DNA of 64,000 nucleotides from a virus (IMGVR_UViG_3300033508_000214:1-64000), one strand, 5' to 3'; numbered from the stretch's first letter, positions 49,875 to 59,613 are shown. The notes: a model not told the origin generated them from the letters alone. Numbers and translations: made by a program.

Positions 49875-49884
49875 ATTTTTATAA

Positions 49885-50055
49885 CTGTTTCTGATCCTAG
49901 GTGCAGCGATCATACAAATCGTTGCATGTGGTAATCTTTTTGCCCAATTAATTGGTGAGTCTGTTTCTGATCCTAGGTGCAGCGATCATACAAATCGTTG
50001 CATGTGGTAATCTTTTTGCCCAATTAATTGGTGAGTCTGTTTCTGATCCTAGGTG
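49885..50055. repeat. 76-bp tandem repeat, 2 copies plus partial third
   Basis: Unit beginning ctgtttctgatcctaggtg at 49885, 49961 and 50037. Confidence 0.95.
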
Positions 50056-50128
50056 GGGCGTATGTCTTGATTGTAACAAATTATTACGATTAGTAGACTT
50101 TACTCAGCTTAAGGTCAGAAGTACTAGT

Positions 50129-50323
50129 CTAGTCCCAAGGCTTATCTGCTTCTAACTTCTTAAGTACTTTTATCTTAAAAGCGGAATCAGTTGGAAGAGA
50201 CCTTAGTAATACATCTCGTATAAATCCTAAATGCATATACTGTTTACCACTAGGATACTTCATAGACTCGAGTGCTGAAATAGTTAAGTGTAGTGCAAAT
50301 TCTACGTCTTGTTGATTTACCAT
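50129..50323 (-). CDS. Hypothetical protein
   Basis: 64 aa, coupled to the upstream gene. Confidence 0.5.
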   Translation of the reverse strand: MVNQQDVEFALHLTISALESMKYPSGKQYMHLGFIRDVLLRSLPTDSAFKIKVLKKLEADKPWD

Positions 50324-51096
50324 GTTGGGAACATTGCCTCCCCAACATCAGTAGTTTTACGACTATACTTTTCGCTACTCTTTAGTACTTCTTGTTCAAT
50401 TAGAGGATCTGGCATATTATCCCAATCGTTAGGGTCTAGAATCATATTTGATGTACGCAGACTAGGGTCAGCTACCCAGATTTGTCCTAACATAGTTAGG
50501 GTCAGGCTAGGAAGACCAAACCATTCGGTATTCTGTAGACCTGTTAATGTCCAGCTAGAAATTGGCTTTTTCATACTACCAGCAGCAGGGCCTGATTTTA
50601 CAGTTAGTCCTTGTGCTCTAAGCTCTAGTGCTCTATCTTTAGTTACCTCGGGGATTTCTGCGGTTGCAGCTTCAAACAGATTATCACCAATAATAACTTC
50701 TAGTTTTTCTCTAGACCAGCTAGAATATGGGATACCTTGAGCATCTTTAAGTGCTGCAATTAGGATTGGGACTAAAGATGAATACTTGCTGAACTCTTTA
50801 GTATTCTGGGACTTAACTAGCTTAGACCTACCTAGTCTAGTAATAACTCGCCATAGACCAATATCCCACGGCTTATTATTAATATTTTCCAAGTACAAAG
50901 ACTTGGACTCATACTCACCTCTAGAGTTCTTAGTAGCAGTGTATGCGCCATAATATCCATAGATTTGGGGTAGCATCCACGCATTAAAGGCTGTAAGATT
51001 ATGATCTACAGCCCACTTCTCTAGTTGCGAGTCGGTTAGTCTTTCAGCCTCATGGAACGGAAAGCTTTTAATATCGTTTTTATTTAGAATAAACAT
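50317..51096 (-). CDS. Hypothetical protein
   Basis: 259-aa ORF with RBS; no recognised motif. Confidence 0.7.
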   Translation of the reverse strand: MFILNKNDIKSFPFHEAERLTDSQLEKWAVDHNLTAFNAWMLPQIYGYYGAYTATKNSRGEYESKSLYLENINNKPWDIGLWRVITRLGRSKLVKSQNTKEFSKYSSLVPILIAALKDAQGIPYSSWSREKLEVIIGDNLFEAATAEIPEVTKDRALELRAQGLTVKSGPAAGSMKKPISSWTLTGLQNTEWFGLPSLTLTMLGQIWVADPSLRTSNMILDPNDWDNMPDPLIEQEVLKSSEKYSRKTTDVGEAMFPTW

Positions 51097-51517
51097 AAAT
51101 TACCTACTGTTTTGTTGCTAGTACAGGAGCAACAGTACCTGACCCTAAGTGTAGTATAGGGATTTGCCTAAGATTTCCTAGCAGGTCGGGCGGTAACCTA
51201 TTCGGAACGAACGGACGATTATTACGGTAATCGAAAAAAAGCGGTTGAAACCGCTTTTTCCGATTCAAAAACAAAATTTTTCAATTTCAAACAAAAATAG
51301 TTCTCCAAACCTTCAACCCTCCACCGCGATAATTAAAAAAAACTTTAAAAATTAGCAAAAACCAAGAAAAGCAACGTAACAAGTAACGCTTTTCAGGTTT
51401 TATTTATTTTATAAATTTTTTTTATTATCTTCACCGGGGTCTATCTATATATATGATCTAATTATATCACAAACGCTAGTATAAAATCAAGTTCAATTTT
51501 TAGCAAGGTAGTAAAAT

Positions 51518-52360
51518 TCAGATTTGGATAAGACATTCACTATAGTTAGAATTATTACCGTAGCCGTATGGATTAGCAATTATTCTAGTGCTACCTATCT
51601 TTACATCTACATTATCATGAGTATGTCCGTGCAAAAATAATGTGTTTTCTAGACTGCTAATCCACTCCGACAAATCATTAGCAAAGTAATCGTTAAGCGT
51701 GTTAGGCCCGCTATACTTAGGGTCAATAGAGATTATTGATGGCAGAAAATGAGTAACAATAACTTTCTTTAGCTTTGTAACCTCATACTGATGCTTGATG
51801 TAACCGTAATGCTGATTAAATAGATTACTGCAATCATTAGGCGTGAACCTACGGTCGTCAAACTCGATAAGCTTGAAGTCATTGATACCTATAGCTGCAT
51901 GAGATTTACTAAACTCGTTATTACGAAAGTTAGTCCATAGCGGTGCCCCTATAAAGGCAACCGCATTACTAATAGGCTTCACCCTAAGTTGAGCGACTTT
52001 AGCTAGCTTAGAATCATCAATCTCTAGCTCATACTTAGTAGGCACCGTATCCTGTAGCTGCTTGCTAATAGGATTGTAGTAAGCTGTGCCTGGGTTAAGA
52101 AACTTGATTGATGTATGCTTAGACCAATCTTCTAGCTTTTTATTAAAGTCTTGGTAGTTTTGCTTATAGTACTCATGATTACCTGGAATGTAAACAATAT
52201 TAGGCTGATGCTCCGCAAAATGCTTTAGCGTAGTCCAAACATTATTAGCCCCTACATGTAGATCACCAGCGATTACTAGAACATCTTCGCCTTGAGACTT
52301 ATAGAGTGCTTTGTCGAAGCTGTATTCAGCGTGTAGATCAGATATTAAACGCACAATCAT
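51518..52360 (-). CDS. Calcineurin-like metallophosphoesterase
   Basis: SDLH, AGD, PGNHE, VTH, HGHTH motifs. Confidence 0.9.
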   Translation of the reverse strand: MIVRLISDLHAEYSFDKALYKSQGEDVLVIAGDLHVGANNVWTTLKHFAEHQPNIVYIPGNHEYYKQNYQDFNKKLEDWSKHTSIKFLNPGTAYYNPISKQLQDTVPTKYELEIDDSKLAKVAQLRVKPISNAVAFIGAPLWTNFRNNEFSKSHAAIGINDFKLIEFDDRRFTPNDCSNLFNQHYGYIKHQYEVTKLKKVIVTHFLPSIISIDPKYSGPNTLNDYFANDLSEWISSLENTLFLHGHTHDNVDVKIGSTRIIANPYGYGNNSNYSECLIQI

Positions 52361-52466
52361 ATTAGTAATGTACCCATAACAAAAGCAATCTTAGCTGCTT
52401 GATATAAAAATCCAATTGTAAAGCTAACAACTATAGTAATAGTTGTTATTAGCACAAATTCTTTAA

Positions 52467-52766
52467 TTAATTCCATGCTAATTCCATTGCAAATTGGCAG
52501 CCCGCGCCTCCCAGCTGCATATAACGAATACTAAAATCAAAGTATTCGCTTAGAATAGATAGAAGCTCATTCATAACATACTCATCTAGCGTACACTTTT
52601 GATCGTTAATAATTAGTGTACATTCGTCCTCAACAATATCAAAAGTATGCCTAACTCCTAGTTTGATTAGATTACTAGATAGTTCGTCAAATTCATCTTT
52701 AAAATCTGACTGATCACAGTCCCTTTTATATGATGATACAATTTGTTTAGGTATAATTAGTTTCAT
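52467..52766 (-). CDS. Hypothetical protein
   Basis: 99 aa in the leftward operon. Confidence 0.55.
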   Translation of the reverse strand: MKLIIPKQIVSSYKRDCDQSDFKDEFDELSSNLIKLGVRHTFDIVEDECTLIINDQKCTLDEYVMNELLSILSEYFDFSIRYMQLGGAGCQFAMELAWN

Positions 52767-53108
52767 TTAGATGTCCATCCATTTAATATCATAACCAGCT
52801 GACTCACGATTAACAATCCACTCTTCTAGCTCTTTAATATGCTCTAAAGAGTAGTTATGTTCAACTACTCCAATAGGTTCATTAACTTCCCAAGTATCCC
52901 CTTCTGCATATACAAGTTCTTCTACTTTAGAATCAAGTTTCCTAATCCAGTTAACATAGAACTCTTTAGTATCATTACTTGATAGAGCATTGTAAGTAAC
53001 ATCAGAAGGCGTACTCCAAAGATCAAAACTATATGTTTGCTGATCCTTAGCTCCGGTTCTATCCACAGTAATGTTTCTAGTGGCTAAAATCATTAGATTA
53101 ATACTCAT
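52767..53108 (-). CDS. Hypothetical protein
   Basis: 113 aa with RBS AAGGA. Confidence 0.6.
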   Translation of the reverse strand: MSINLMILATRNITVDRTGAKDQQTYSFDLWSTPSDVTYNALSSNDTKEFYVNWIRKLDSKVEELVYAEGDTWEVNEPIGVVEHNYSLEHIKELEEWIVNRESAGYDIKWMDI

Positions 53109-53193
53109 TACATTTCCTTTTAAAGATTAATTATAACATAAATGCAAAAGGGCTTGCAACGGCATAATTTTTAGCGTTGCAAGCCCTTTAGGG

Positions 53194-53835
53194 TTAAATA
53201 GGAAAAAATGCTTCCATAGTAATAGGAGCAACGACCCTAAGTTGAGAAATTATATCTTCCGCTAACTCTCTATGTTCTTTTTGTGTAGTAGGATGTAATC
53301 GTTGTTTTAGATAGAATACCCATGAACGGATATTACCATTCATGTACATCCTACTCATAGTATTACCCTCAGGTAAGATAGCCCTAGCCTGTTCCTTAGC
53401 AATACCTTTACTAAGCGCTTCCTTATACGCTAGAGTTACTTCCCTAATAACCATATCTTGAGTTTCTTGCCACCAAGTATTAAGCTCTGAGTCTTCTACT
53501 TCAATAGAAGACTGCCTATTAGTTGTATCTTGTAACCTACATTCTCTAGTAAGAAACCCACCAAGTTTTGTTACATCCTGATACCTCTGTGAAAACTCTT
53601 GAAAAGAGAAAGACCTATGCCGTAGTATCTGCCTACCAATATCTCTAGTAGTATTGATCTCCATAGTTACATTAGCCATTTCAAAGGGTGACACGTGCCC
53701 CTCTCGCATCATATACTGTAGTAACCCCAGGATATTTGGGTTACTCTGATTGCTAGGATTAGATACCCTAGCAATATACGAGATAGTATTATCAATATCT
53801 GGTGTAGCCCAGATAACTTTTGCTGCATTAGTCAT
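53194..53835 (-). CDS. thyX: Flavin-dependent thymidylate synthase
   Basis: HVSPFE, RHRSFSFQEFSQRY ThyX motif, EQARAILP, TQKEHR; likely start MTNAAK at 53835. Confidence 0.95.
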   Translation of the reverse strand: MTNAAKVIWATPDIDNTISYIARVSNPSNQSNPNILGLLQYMMREGHVSPFEMANVTMEINTTRDIGRQILRHRSFSFQEFSQRYQDVTKLGGFLTRECRLQDTTNRQSSIEVEDSELNTWWQETQDMVIREVTLAYKEALSKGIAKEQARAILPEGNTMSRMYMNGNIRSWVFYLKQRLHPTTQKEHRELAEDIISQLRVVAPITMEAFFPI

Positions 53836-54085
53836 ATTTACTAGTAATGGTAATAGTTGGATTATCTTCTTCAAACGCTACACCTAGGGTACATTCTTCC
53901 GGTGTAAGTGCGTAACCTATCTCGCTAGCTTGAAACTCATTAAATGCTTCTAGCATTTTAAAAACACTATACTCATATACACCTTTTCCTAGACGGGTGT
54001 GAGATACTAATGCGTGAATAGCTTCTAAATCAGTAAAATTAAGTCCAGTTAACTTAAAAAGCCCATTCTTTGTTTGTTTAATCAT
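53828..54085 (-). CDS. Hypothetical protein
   Basis: Likely start MIKQTK at 54085. Confidence 0.55.
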   Translation of the reverse strand: MIKQTKNGLFKLTGLNFTDLEAIHALVSHTRLGKGVYEYSVFKMLEAFNEFQASEIGYALTPEECTLGVAFEEDNPTITITSKYD

Positions 54086-54169
54086 ATTTAATCCAAATAT
54101 ATGCTGCTGTAGCAGCAATAATAACAGATCCTAAGTGTAGCAAGTATGAAGGACCACATCTAATCTTAG

Positions 54170-54397
54170 TTAGTTTTCTAGGCATGGTGGTTCCAATGGT
54201 TGCCAATGCAATTCTATAGTTATACTATATTGCTGATCATTAATAACCCAAAAGTACTCCCCATAGTTATAGTTAGTATACCCAATAGCAAAAGCCTCAT
54301 TATAATATACTAGCACAGGCCTACTCATCTGCCATATTTCTGATACTTCTAGTAAGAGAGGCAGTTTACTAGAAGATTTAATCCATTTTGTTTTCAT
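54170..54397 (-). CDS. DUF551-like small protein
   Basis: WIKSSSKLP..VLVY..HWQPLEPP pattern. Confidence 0.6.
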   Translation of the reverse strand: MKTKWIKSSSKLPLLLEVSEIWQMSRPVLVYYNEAFAIGYTNYNYGEYFWVINDQQYSITIELHWQPLEPPCLEN

Positions 54398-54819
54398 TTA
54401 TCTAAGTAGAAAGTATGGTTGCCAATTGTAATCCCTTCTTCTAGACGCTTACTCCAAGAAGGTCTAATTGTTTTAACATGGTAGTGGGTGTATTTAACAT
54501 CATCACTAGAGTTATAAGCAATGATAGAAGCATTAATAGCCTCAAAGTTATACACTATGTTTTTATATCTTTTAGTCCAACTAAACTGGTTCTTCTGATA
54601 TACAACACCACATATACTACTAGGATATTTACCACTATATACCCTATTTAATGTTACCTTAGCCACAGTAATTTGTCCTTCCATTGGCTCACCCCTCGCC
54701 TCTCTATATACATTAGTAGCCAAACATTTTAGTTCCTTTTTAGTAGGAATGTTTGGCACATCTAAACTTACTAAATTATTACTAAGCAGCATCAGGCTCA
54801 GCACTAGAACCCTCTTCAA
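54394..54819 (-). CDS. SleB-like cell wall hydrolase (Hydrolase_2)
   Basis: CLATNVYREARGE..VTLNRV..ICGVVYQ..QFSW..IGNHTFY. Confidence 0.9.
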   Translation of the reverse strand: MKRVLVLSLMLLSNNLVSLDVPNIPTKKELKCLATNVYREARGEPMEGQITVAKVTLNRVYSGKYPSSICGVVYQKNQFSWTKRYKNIVYNFEAINASIIAYNSSDDVKYTHYHVKTIRPSWSKRLEEGITIGNHTFYLDK

Positions 54820-55178
54820 CTAGAGCTAGGATTGCAGTCTTTACTTGCATCTCCTCCCTCACTAGCTGAATCGAGTCGTTGATCGAATACCCAACTACTT
54901 CCCACATCGCTAGCTTTTTGTCCACCATTGCGTAAACTTTCAATTTCTTTCCTTAGTTGTTTAATTAGTTCAGTTAACTCTTGGTTCTCTTTAGTTAAGT
55001 TACAGTTCTGATGCTGATTAGCCTGAATATTAAAATTATTAGAAGCATTAACTTCATCCATCTGTTTAATAGCTCGTGCAGCCCTTAGCATTAGAGAGGT
55101 AGGGGATTTACTTACTAACTCACCTTTATCATTAGTCTCTGTTACAGGAGATGTAAGCTCGTTATATAGTTGATTCAC
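54816..55178 (-). CDS. Hypothetical coiled-coil protein
   Basis: 120 aa. Confidence 0.55.
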   Translation of the reverse strand: MNQLYNELTSPVTETNDKGELVSKSPTSLMLRAARAIKQMDEVNASNNFNIQANQHQNCNLTKENQELTELIKQLRKEIESLRNGGQKASDVGSSWVFDQRLDSASEGGDASKDCNPSSS

Positions 55179-55337
55179 AATTATCCTTTATAAAAAATAA
55201 TTATAACATATTACCAAGCAATTAACAAGACAAAATTTCATTAGCTTAGGTTAACTGCGCCAATCACCTGCGTAAAAATGAGCTTGCTAAGGTGTTACGT
55301 AAGTGTTATAATAAAAGCTACTTTAGGGAATACTTAT

Positions 55338-55520
55338 ATGTCAATTTCACATACTTACGTTAAGGAGTTAGAATCTTTAATACTAAACACATTACTACCT
55401 TCGTATATTTCGTATCAGCATAGCATAGGGAATAAAAACCCTTTAGCAAGTATTAACCAAAGTCTTTTATCTCAAATCCGTGCCAAAAGAGAATTACCGG
55501 CACTTCTTAGACCCTATTAA
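55338..55520 (+). CDS. Hypothetical protein
   Basis: Likely start MSISHTY. Confidence 0.5.
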   Translation: MSISHTYVKELESLILNTLLPSYISYQHSIGNKNPLASINQSLLSQIRAKRELPALLRPY

Positions 55521-55835
55521 ATGAAAATTGTACACGTTGAAAATCCTGAGTTTGGTCAGGTGCCTATTATTGAACGAAGAATCACTGATGGTAAATCATT
55601 ATTTATACCAGATGATACTACAGCTTTAAAGAAGCAGATTAGTGGTGATCATTATAAGACCCTAGGTATACAGCCTGTAGAGTATATACGTGCTAATAAC
55701 ATTGGTTATTTTGAAGGTAATGTTATTAAGTATGTTACTCGTTGGAAGAATAAGAACGGTGTAGCAGACTTGGAGAAGGCTAAGCACTACCTAGAAATGC
55801 TTATTGAGTTTGAGAATGAGCCCACTGTACGCTAA
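55521..55835 (+). CDS. DUF3310-like protein
   Basis: GDHYK..IQPVEYI..YFEGNVIKYVTRW..KNGVADLEKAKHYL. Confidence 0.8.
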   Translation: MKIVHVENPEFGQVPIIERRITDGKSLFIPDDTTALKKQISGDHYKTLGIQPVEYIRANNIGYFEGNVIKYVTRWKNKNGVADLEKAKHYLEMLIEFENEPTVR

Positions 55836-56046
55836 ACTAACAGCAGCATTACTACACACTAGAGAAGACTTCGCAAGTGTATGCAAGTTAATGGGCGTAG
55901 ACCCTGAGTTTGCCGACCCTGCTATGCTAGATGCTATAATGTGTGATAACTGCTCATATTGGGAAACACCAGAACTAGCGCATGTAACTGATGATGATAC
56001 TGTACTTTGTAGAGCTTGTCATATGCTAGAAGACTTAAGGTTTTGA
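55804..56046 (+). CDS. Small Zn-finger protein
   Basis: CDNC..CRAC; start uncertain. Confidence 0.55.
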   Translation: MSLRMSPLYAKLTAALLHTREDFASVCKLMGVDPEFADPAMLDAIMCDNCSYWETPELAHVTDDDTVLCRACHMLEDLRF

Positions 56047-56100
56047 AATATTGTCTTGATTATTTGTTAAAATCATTATATAATTAATCTTTAAACACAA

Positions 56101-56175
56101 CGGCCCTTAGTTCAATGGATAGAACAGAAAGCTTCTACCTTTCAAGTGCAGTTTCGATTACTGCAGGGCCGGCCA
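56101..56175 (+). tRNA. tRNA-Arg(TCT)
   Basis: Acceptor cggccct/agggccg, anticodon arm gaaag-ctTCTac-ctttc, TTCGA, CCA. Confidence 0.85.
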
Positions 56176-56181
56176 TTTTAT

Positions 56182-56256
56182 ATGCTTTTAGTTCAATGGA
56201 TAGAATAAATTTATCCTAAAGGTTAGAAATGCGTTCAAATCGCGTAAAGCATACCA
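56182..56256 (+). tRNA. tRNA-Arg(CCT), weakly paired
   Basis: Acceptor atgcttt/aaagcat, loop atCCTaa, TTCAA, CCA; two G-U pairs in the anticodon stem. Confidence 0.6.
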
Positions 56257-56370
56257 TTACACAAAAAGAGTATCACCAAATACTTTTCGAGCTAGGAATA
56301 CTAGATGACGAAGAGGATTGGGAACTATATAAACAGCAAGAAGCTAAATTTAACCAAATACTGGATACAC

Positions 56371-56685
56371 ATGAGCACTTATACACCAGATGCATGGGCA
56401 CTAATAGAAGTCAATTCTAAAGAGTACGGAAAGATCAGAAAGATTCTAGCAGGATGGCGAGGTGGGTATCTTGACGGGGATTCTTGGAAGCTAAGTTCAG
56501 GAATCCTAAAAGAGTATTCAGATGGAGACTTTATTGTATTCCCTCAGGAATCAGGCTCGATCTATCGTTGCCATAAAGACGCACAGAGACTTACAATATA
56601 TACAGGAAGTATCCTACAACAACTAAAAGATAATTTTAAAGATAATCCTGATGTAAGTATTGAGCTTATTGAATATAAATCTTAG
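56371..56685 (+). CDS. Hypothetical phage protein
   Basis: Likely start MSTYTPDAW; KILAGWRGGYLDGDSWKLSSGI. Confidence 0.65.
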   Translation: MSTYTPDAWALIEVNSKEYGKIRKILAGWRGGYLDGDSWKLSSGILKEYSDGDFIVFPQESGSIYRCHKDAQRLTIYTGSILQQLKDNFKDNPDVSIELIEYKS

Positions 56686-56687
56686 CT

Positions 56688-56733
56688 TGATTCGCTTACT
56701 AAAACATTGTATAATTATTGCTTAAACGGAGAA
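56688..56733 (+). promoter_or_regulatory. Repeated promoter/leader TATAAT-N3-TGCTTAAACGGAGAA
   Basis: Also at about 56967, 59650 and 61845, each directly before a short ORF. Confidence 0.75.
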
Positions 56734-56737
56734 TCTA

Positions 56738-56941
56738 ATGCGAACAAGCGGCGAAATGATTTTGAATGTCGATTTACCATATAATGGCTTTTGCGAAATT
56801 ATATGTACTCAGGTTAAGTATTGGGCAGGAGAAGGGCTCCCAACCTTTGAAGGCTCCCTAGCTACAATGAAAGAAGTCTACCCTGTAGAGTTTTCATATC
56901 TTCTTAAACGCAAGACTATACGGGTTGGAAAAGAATTTTGA
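56738..56941 (+). CDS. Hypothetical protein
   Basis: 67 aa behind the repeated promoter. Confidence 0.55.
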   Translation: MRTSGEMILNVDLPYNGFCEIICTQVKYWAGEGLPTFEGSLATMKEVYPVEFSYLLKRKTIRVGKEF

Positions 56942-56996
56942 GCTTGTATGTTCGGTTAAAGTGTTCTATAATAGATGCTTAAACGGAGAAATTAAA

Positions 56997-57221
56997 ATGG
57001 CTTTGGCATATACAAAATCGTTCTTAGTTGATGCTTTCTTGTGGCGTTATGCTGATGTTCTAGTTAAAGATACCGCTGAAGAAATAGCGTCTTATATTAA
57101 AATGGTTAATGACTTCTACGACAAGGTAGGAAAAGATAAGTTTCGTATCTGGTGCTCTTTAGACGCAGACGAAATTAAGAGGTATAAAGCTGCAAAAAAT
57201 GAGCTTGCGCATCCTGTATAA
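56997..57221 (+). CDS. Hypothetical protein
   Basis: Likely start MALAYTKSF with RBS GGAG. Confidence 0.6.
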   Translation: MALAYTKSFLVDAFLWRYADVLVKDTAEEIASYIKMVNDFYDKVGKDKFRIWCSLDADEIKRYKAAKNELAHPV

Positions 57222-57685
57222 ATGATGTATAATTATTACTTCTACAGCACATCGCGTACCACCTTTTAGGACGGAATTTAATTCCCAGACCGCTTATTCA
57301 GGGCGCACCGTGCTGTAGAAACTAATAATTTAAGAATAGATAGGCTCACCATTCTTCCTAGACGAAGCCTCGCTGTATGCTTATATACACGCACCGGGTT
57401 CTAGTTAGTATGCCGCGAGTAACGAATTACATAAGCTCTTTTTCGGTTCTATCTATTCTTAAATTATTAATAAAGTGCCAAGGCTTATTGCCGTAGGCTA
57501 GAAATATTCGAATTGCATGCTTCAGTGCGCTTGCCCAGTAAGCATCAGTAACTACTTAGCTACAAAGTACCTAAGACGGCAAATCTTAGCGAATACGGGT
57601 ATGCAAAGTTAACCCTGGTTAAATCTGGTGGCAATATCTGAAACTAGACTAGTAGATATTTCGTTTGACACTTTATTAATAATTT

Positions 57686-57771
57686 GGATGCTTGGGGGAG
57701 TGGTTGAACCCATCTGACTGTAAATCAGACCTGTAAAAAGCGCGTTCGTTCAAATCGAGCAGTATCCACCA
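57686..57771 (+). tRNA. tRNA-Tyr(GTA)
   Basis: tctga-ctGTAaa-tcaga, long variable region, TTCAA, CCA. Confidence 0.9.
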
Positions 57772-57776
57772 TTTAA

Positions 57777-57850
57777 AGGCGAAAAGGGTTGCTCCATGCC
57801 AGTACCGTAAATACTGGCTAGCCTAGCTTTCTTTTACGGAGAATATTAAA
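57777..57850 (+). ncRNA. Conserved structured 5' leader (copy C) of GIY-YIG gene
   Basis: AGGCG..GCCAGUA/UACUGGC stem..UAGCCU; loop CCGUAAA complementary to UUUACGG at the SD. Confidence 0.7.
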
Positions 57851-58570
57851 ATGACAACAGGAATTTATAAGTTAAACTTTATTGGTACCGATAAAGTTTA
57901 CATAGGTAAAGGTACCAATATAGAAAGCAGACTAGCAAGGCATATTAATTTACTTAAAAATAATTCACATTCTAGGAAGATGAATGCAGCCTACGCAGAG
58001 TTTGGCACTCCTATAATGGAGATTTTATGCGAATGCTCTATTGAAGAGTTAAATTCATTTGAGAATGAGACTATTGAAATATACAGTTCCGTAAATAACG
58101 GGTTTAATACTCTATACTGTGCAGAAGCTATGCCAGATGGTAGTTTATGCCCAGGAGAACTAAATGGTAGAGCAAAGTATTCTAATATCCAGATTACCGA
58201 GGTATTCAATATACTCGTTGATAGTCCTACACTACTATACAAAGGGATATCCAGTATAACTGGTGTCTCTATTAATGTGATTGAGGAAATAGCTAGAGGT
58301 GCAAGACATAAATAGTTAGCTACACTATTTCCAGAAAAGTACACAAAGTTATTTTTATTAAAAAATACCCGTAGATCGAGATCTAGTTCTGCAAAAGCTA
58401 AAGCTAAGGGTACTACGTATAAACAAGTACAGTCTCCGCATGGAGAACTATATACAGTAGATAATATTTATAAGTTTGCTCAAGAACATAGCTTAGACGA
58501 CTGCAACCTTTGTAAATTATTAAATGGCAAGGCAAAATCTGTAAAAGGATGGAAATTAAGTATTATATAG
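57851..58570 (+). pseudogene. GIY-YIG homing endonuclease with in-frame TAG
   Basis: TAG at 58313-15 replaces the Trp of the HKWL motif; the frame continues LATLFPEKY..SPHGE..VKGWKLSII to TAG at 58570. Confidence 0.8.
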
Positions 58571-58576
58571 TATAAT

Positions 58577-58651
58577 GTCGCATTAGACTTCTGGTGATGT
58601 CCTCAGCCTTTCACGCTGATCAGAGGGGATCGTAACCCCTATGCGACTCCA
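58577..58651 (+). tRNA. tRNA-Glu(TTC)
   Basis: gtcgcat/atgcgac, tcagc-ctTTCac-gctga, atypical T-loop ATCGTAA, CCA. Confidence 0.8.
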
Positions 58652-58794
58652 AAATCCCTGGGATGGGATAAGACTCAACCAACAGCTAGACAGCCTCTGG
58701 GCGAATCGCTGCGGTGCCCAACAATGAGCTGAACCTAGCATGGCTTGACTAGGTTCCCATAATTAAACTGATTTTTCTTAGTTAGTTTAATTAT

Positions 58795-58877
58795 GGGCAA
58801 CTGGCATATACAAATAGGTACAGTTTCTCGCCTTAGAAGCGAGGCTTTTCCCGGTTCGAGTCCGGGGTTGCCCACCA
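58795..58877 (+). tRNA. tRNA-Leu(TAG), atypical D and variable arms
   Basis: gggcaac/gttgccc, ctcgc-ctTAGaa-gcgag, TTCGA, CCA. Confidence 0.75.
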
Positions 58878-58903
58878 ATTAAACTGAATAATAAACTACC
58901 AAT

Positions 58904-58988
58904 GCGAGTATGGGGAAATTGGCTAGACCCAGGAGACTTAAAATCTCCCGCTTTAAGCATATCAGTTCGAATCTGATTACTCGCACCA
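58904..58988 (+). tRNA. tRNA-Leu(TAA)
   Basis: gcgagta/tactcgc, ggaga-ctTAAaa-tctcc, long variable arm, CCA. Confidence 0.9.
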
Positions 58989-59004
58989 AATAACTTAAAC
59001 TATC

Positions 59005-59238
59005 ATGCGTAAATTATACAACACAATCACTCAAATAAGCGTAGGCTCTGAAACAGAAAATCCAGTATTTGGCGAATGCATTCGTGTTAAGCTAGATGAC
59101 GAATGTGGAGGTATGTTCATTGTACTAGAACAAGATGGAGAAGATGACAGAACTCATCAAGTTCGTATTTGTTTTGATGAGCTAGTAAACATTAACCATG
59201 CTATATCAACTCTAGTTAATCAGCGTTTGGCAAAATAA
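59005..59238 (+). CDS. Hypothetical protein
   Basis: 77 aa. Confidence 0.55.
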   Translation: MRKLYNTITQISVGSETENPVFGECIRVKLDDECGGMFIVLEQDGEDDRTHQVRICFDELVNINHAISTLVNQRLAK

Positions 59239-59298
59239 ATTTATCGGTTATACTTCTTAGGAGAGCAAGATGCAATTGTAAAACTACAGGAGCATAAT

Positions 59299-59613
59299 AT
59301 GGCTAGAACTTTTAAAGACAGTATTAAGAAATACCACTTTAAAGATTTTTGGGCACAAGATCGTATCCAATTAGAAGGATACGGATGCCGTTTAGCAAAA
59401 ACAACAAAACCTAAGAAACGTAAAGAAGTAGACACTGAGGATCACTGGATGCGCACACCATCTTGGTGGACACATCTAGTAATGATTAGGCCACAGCGTA
59501 GGGCAGGAAAACTTTGGGAATCCAAGTTTGTTAATTCTGATATTGATATGTGGGCATTAGAAGAAGCAGATGCTCCAATTGTTAGTAACAAACCTTATAT
59601 CTACTTCTATTAA
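59299..59613 (+). CDS. Basic hypothetical protein
   Basis: 104 aa with RBS AGGAG. Confidence 0.6.
   Translation: MARTFKDSIKKYHFKDFWAQDRIQLEGYGCRLAKTTKPKKRKEVDTEDHWMRTPSWWTHLVMIRPQRRAGKLWESKFVNSDIDMWALEEADAPIVSNKPYIYFY

Noticed and set aside
56182-56256. Amber suppressor tRNA (CTA in the loop region)
   Set aside because: Stem register centres the loop on CCT (Arg); a CTA-centred loop has no paired stem.
57851-58570. Genome-wide TAG recoding
   Set aside because: Core genes are uninterrupted in the standard code; only this decaying endonuclease has an internal TAG.
58652-58760. HDV-like/theta ribozyme after tRNA-Glu
   Set aside because: Hairpins are present, but I could not build the nested double pseudoknot.
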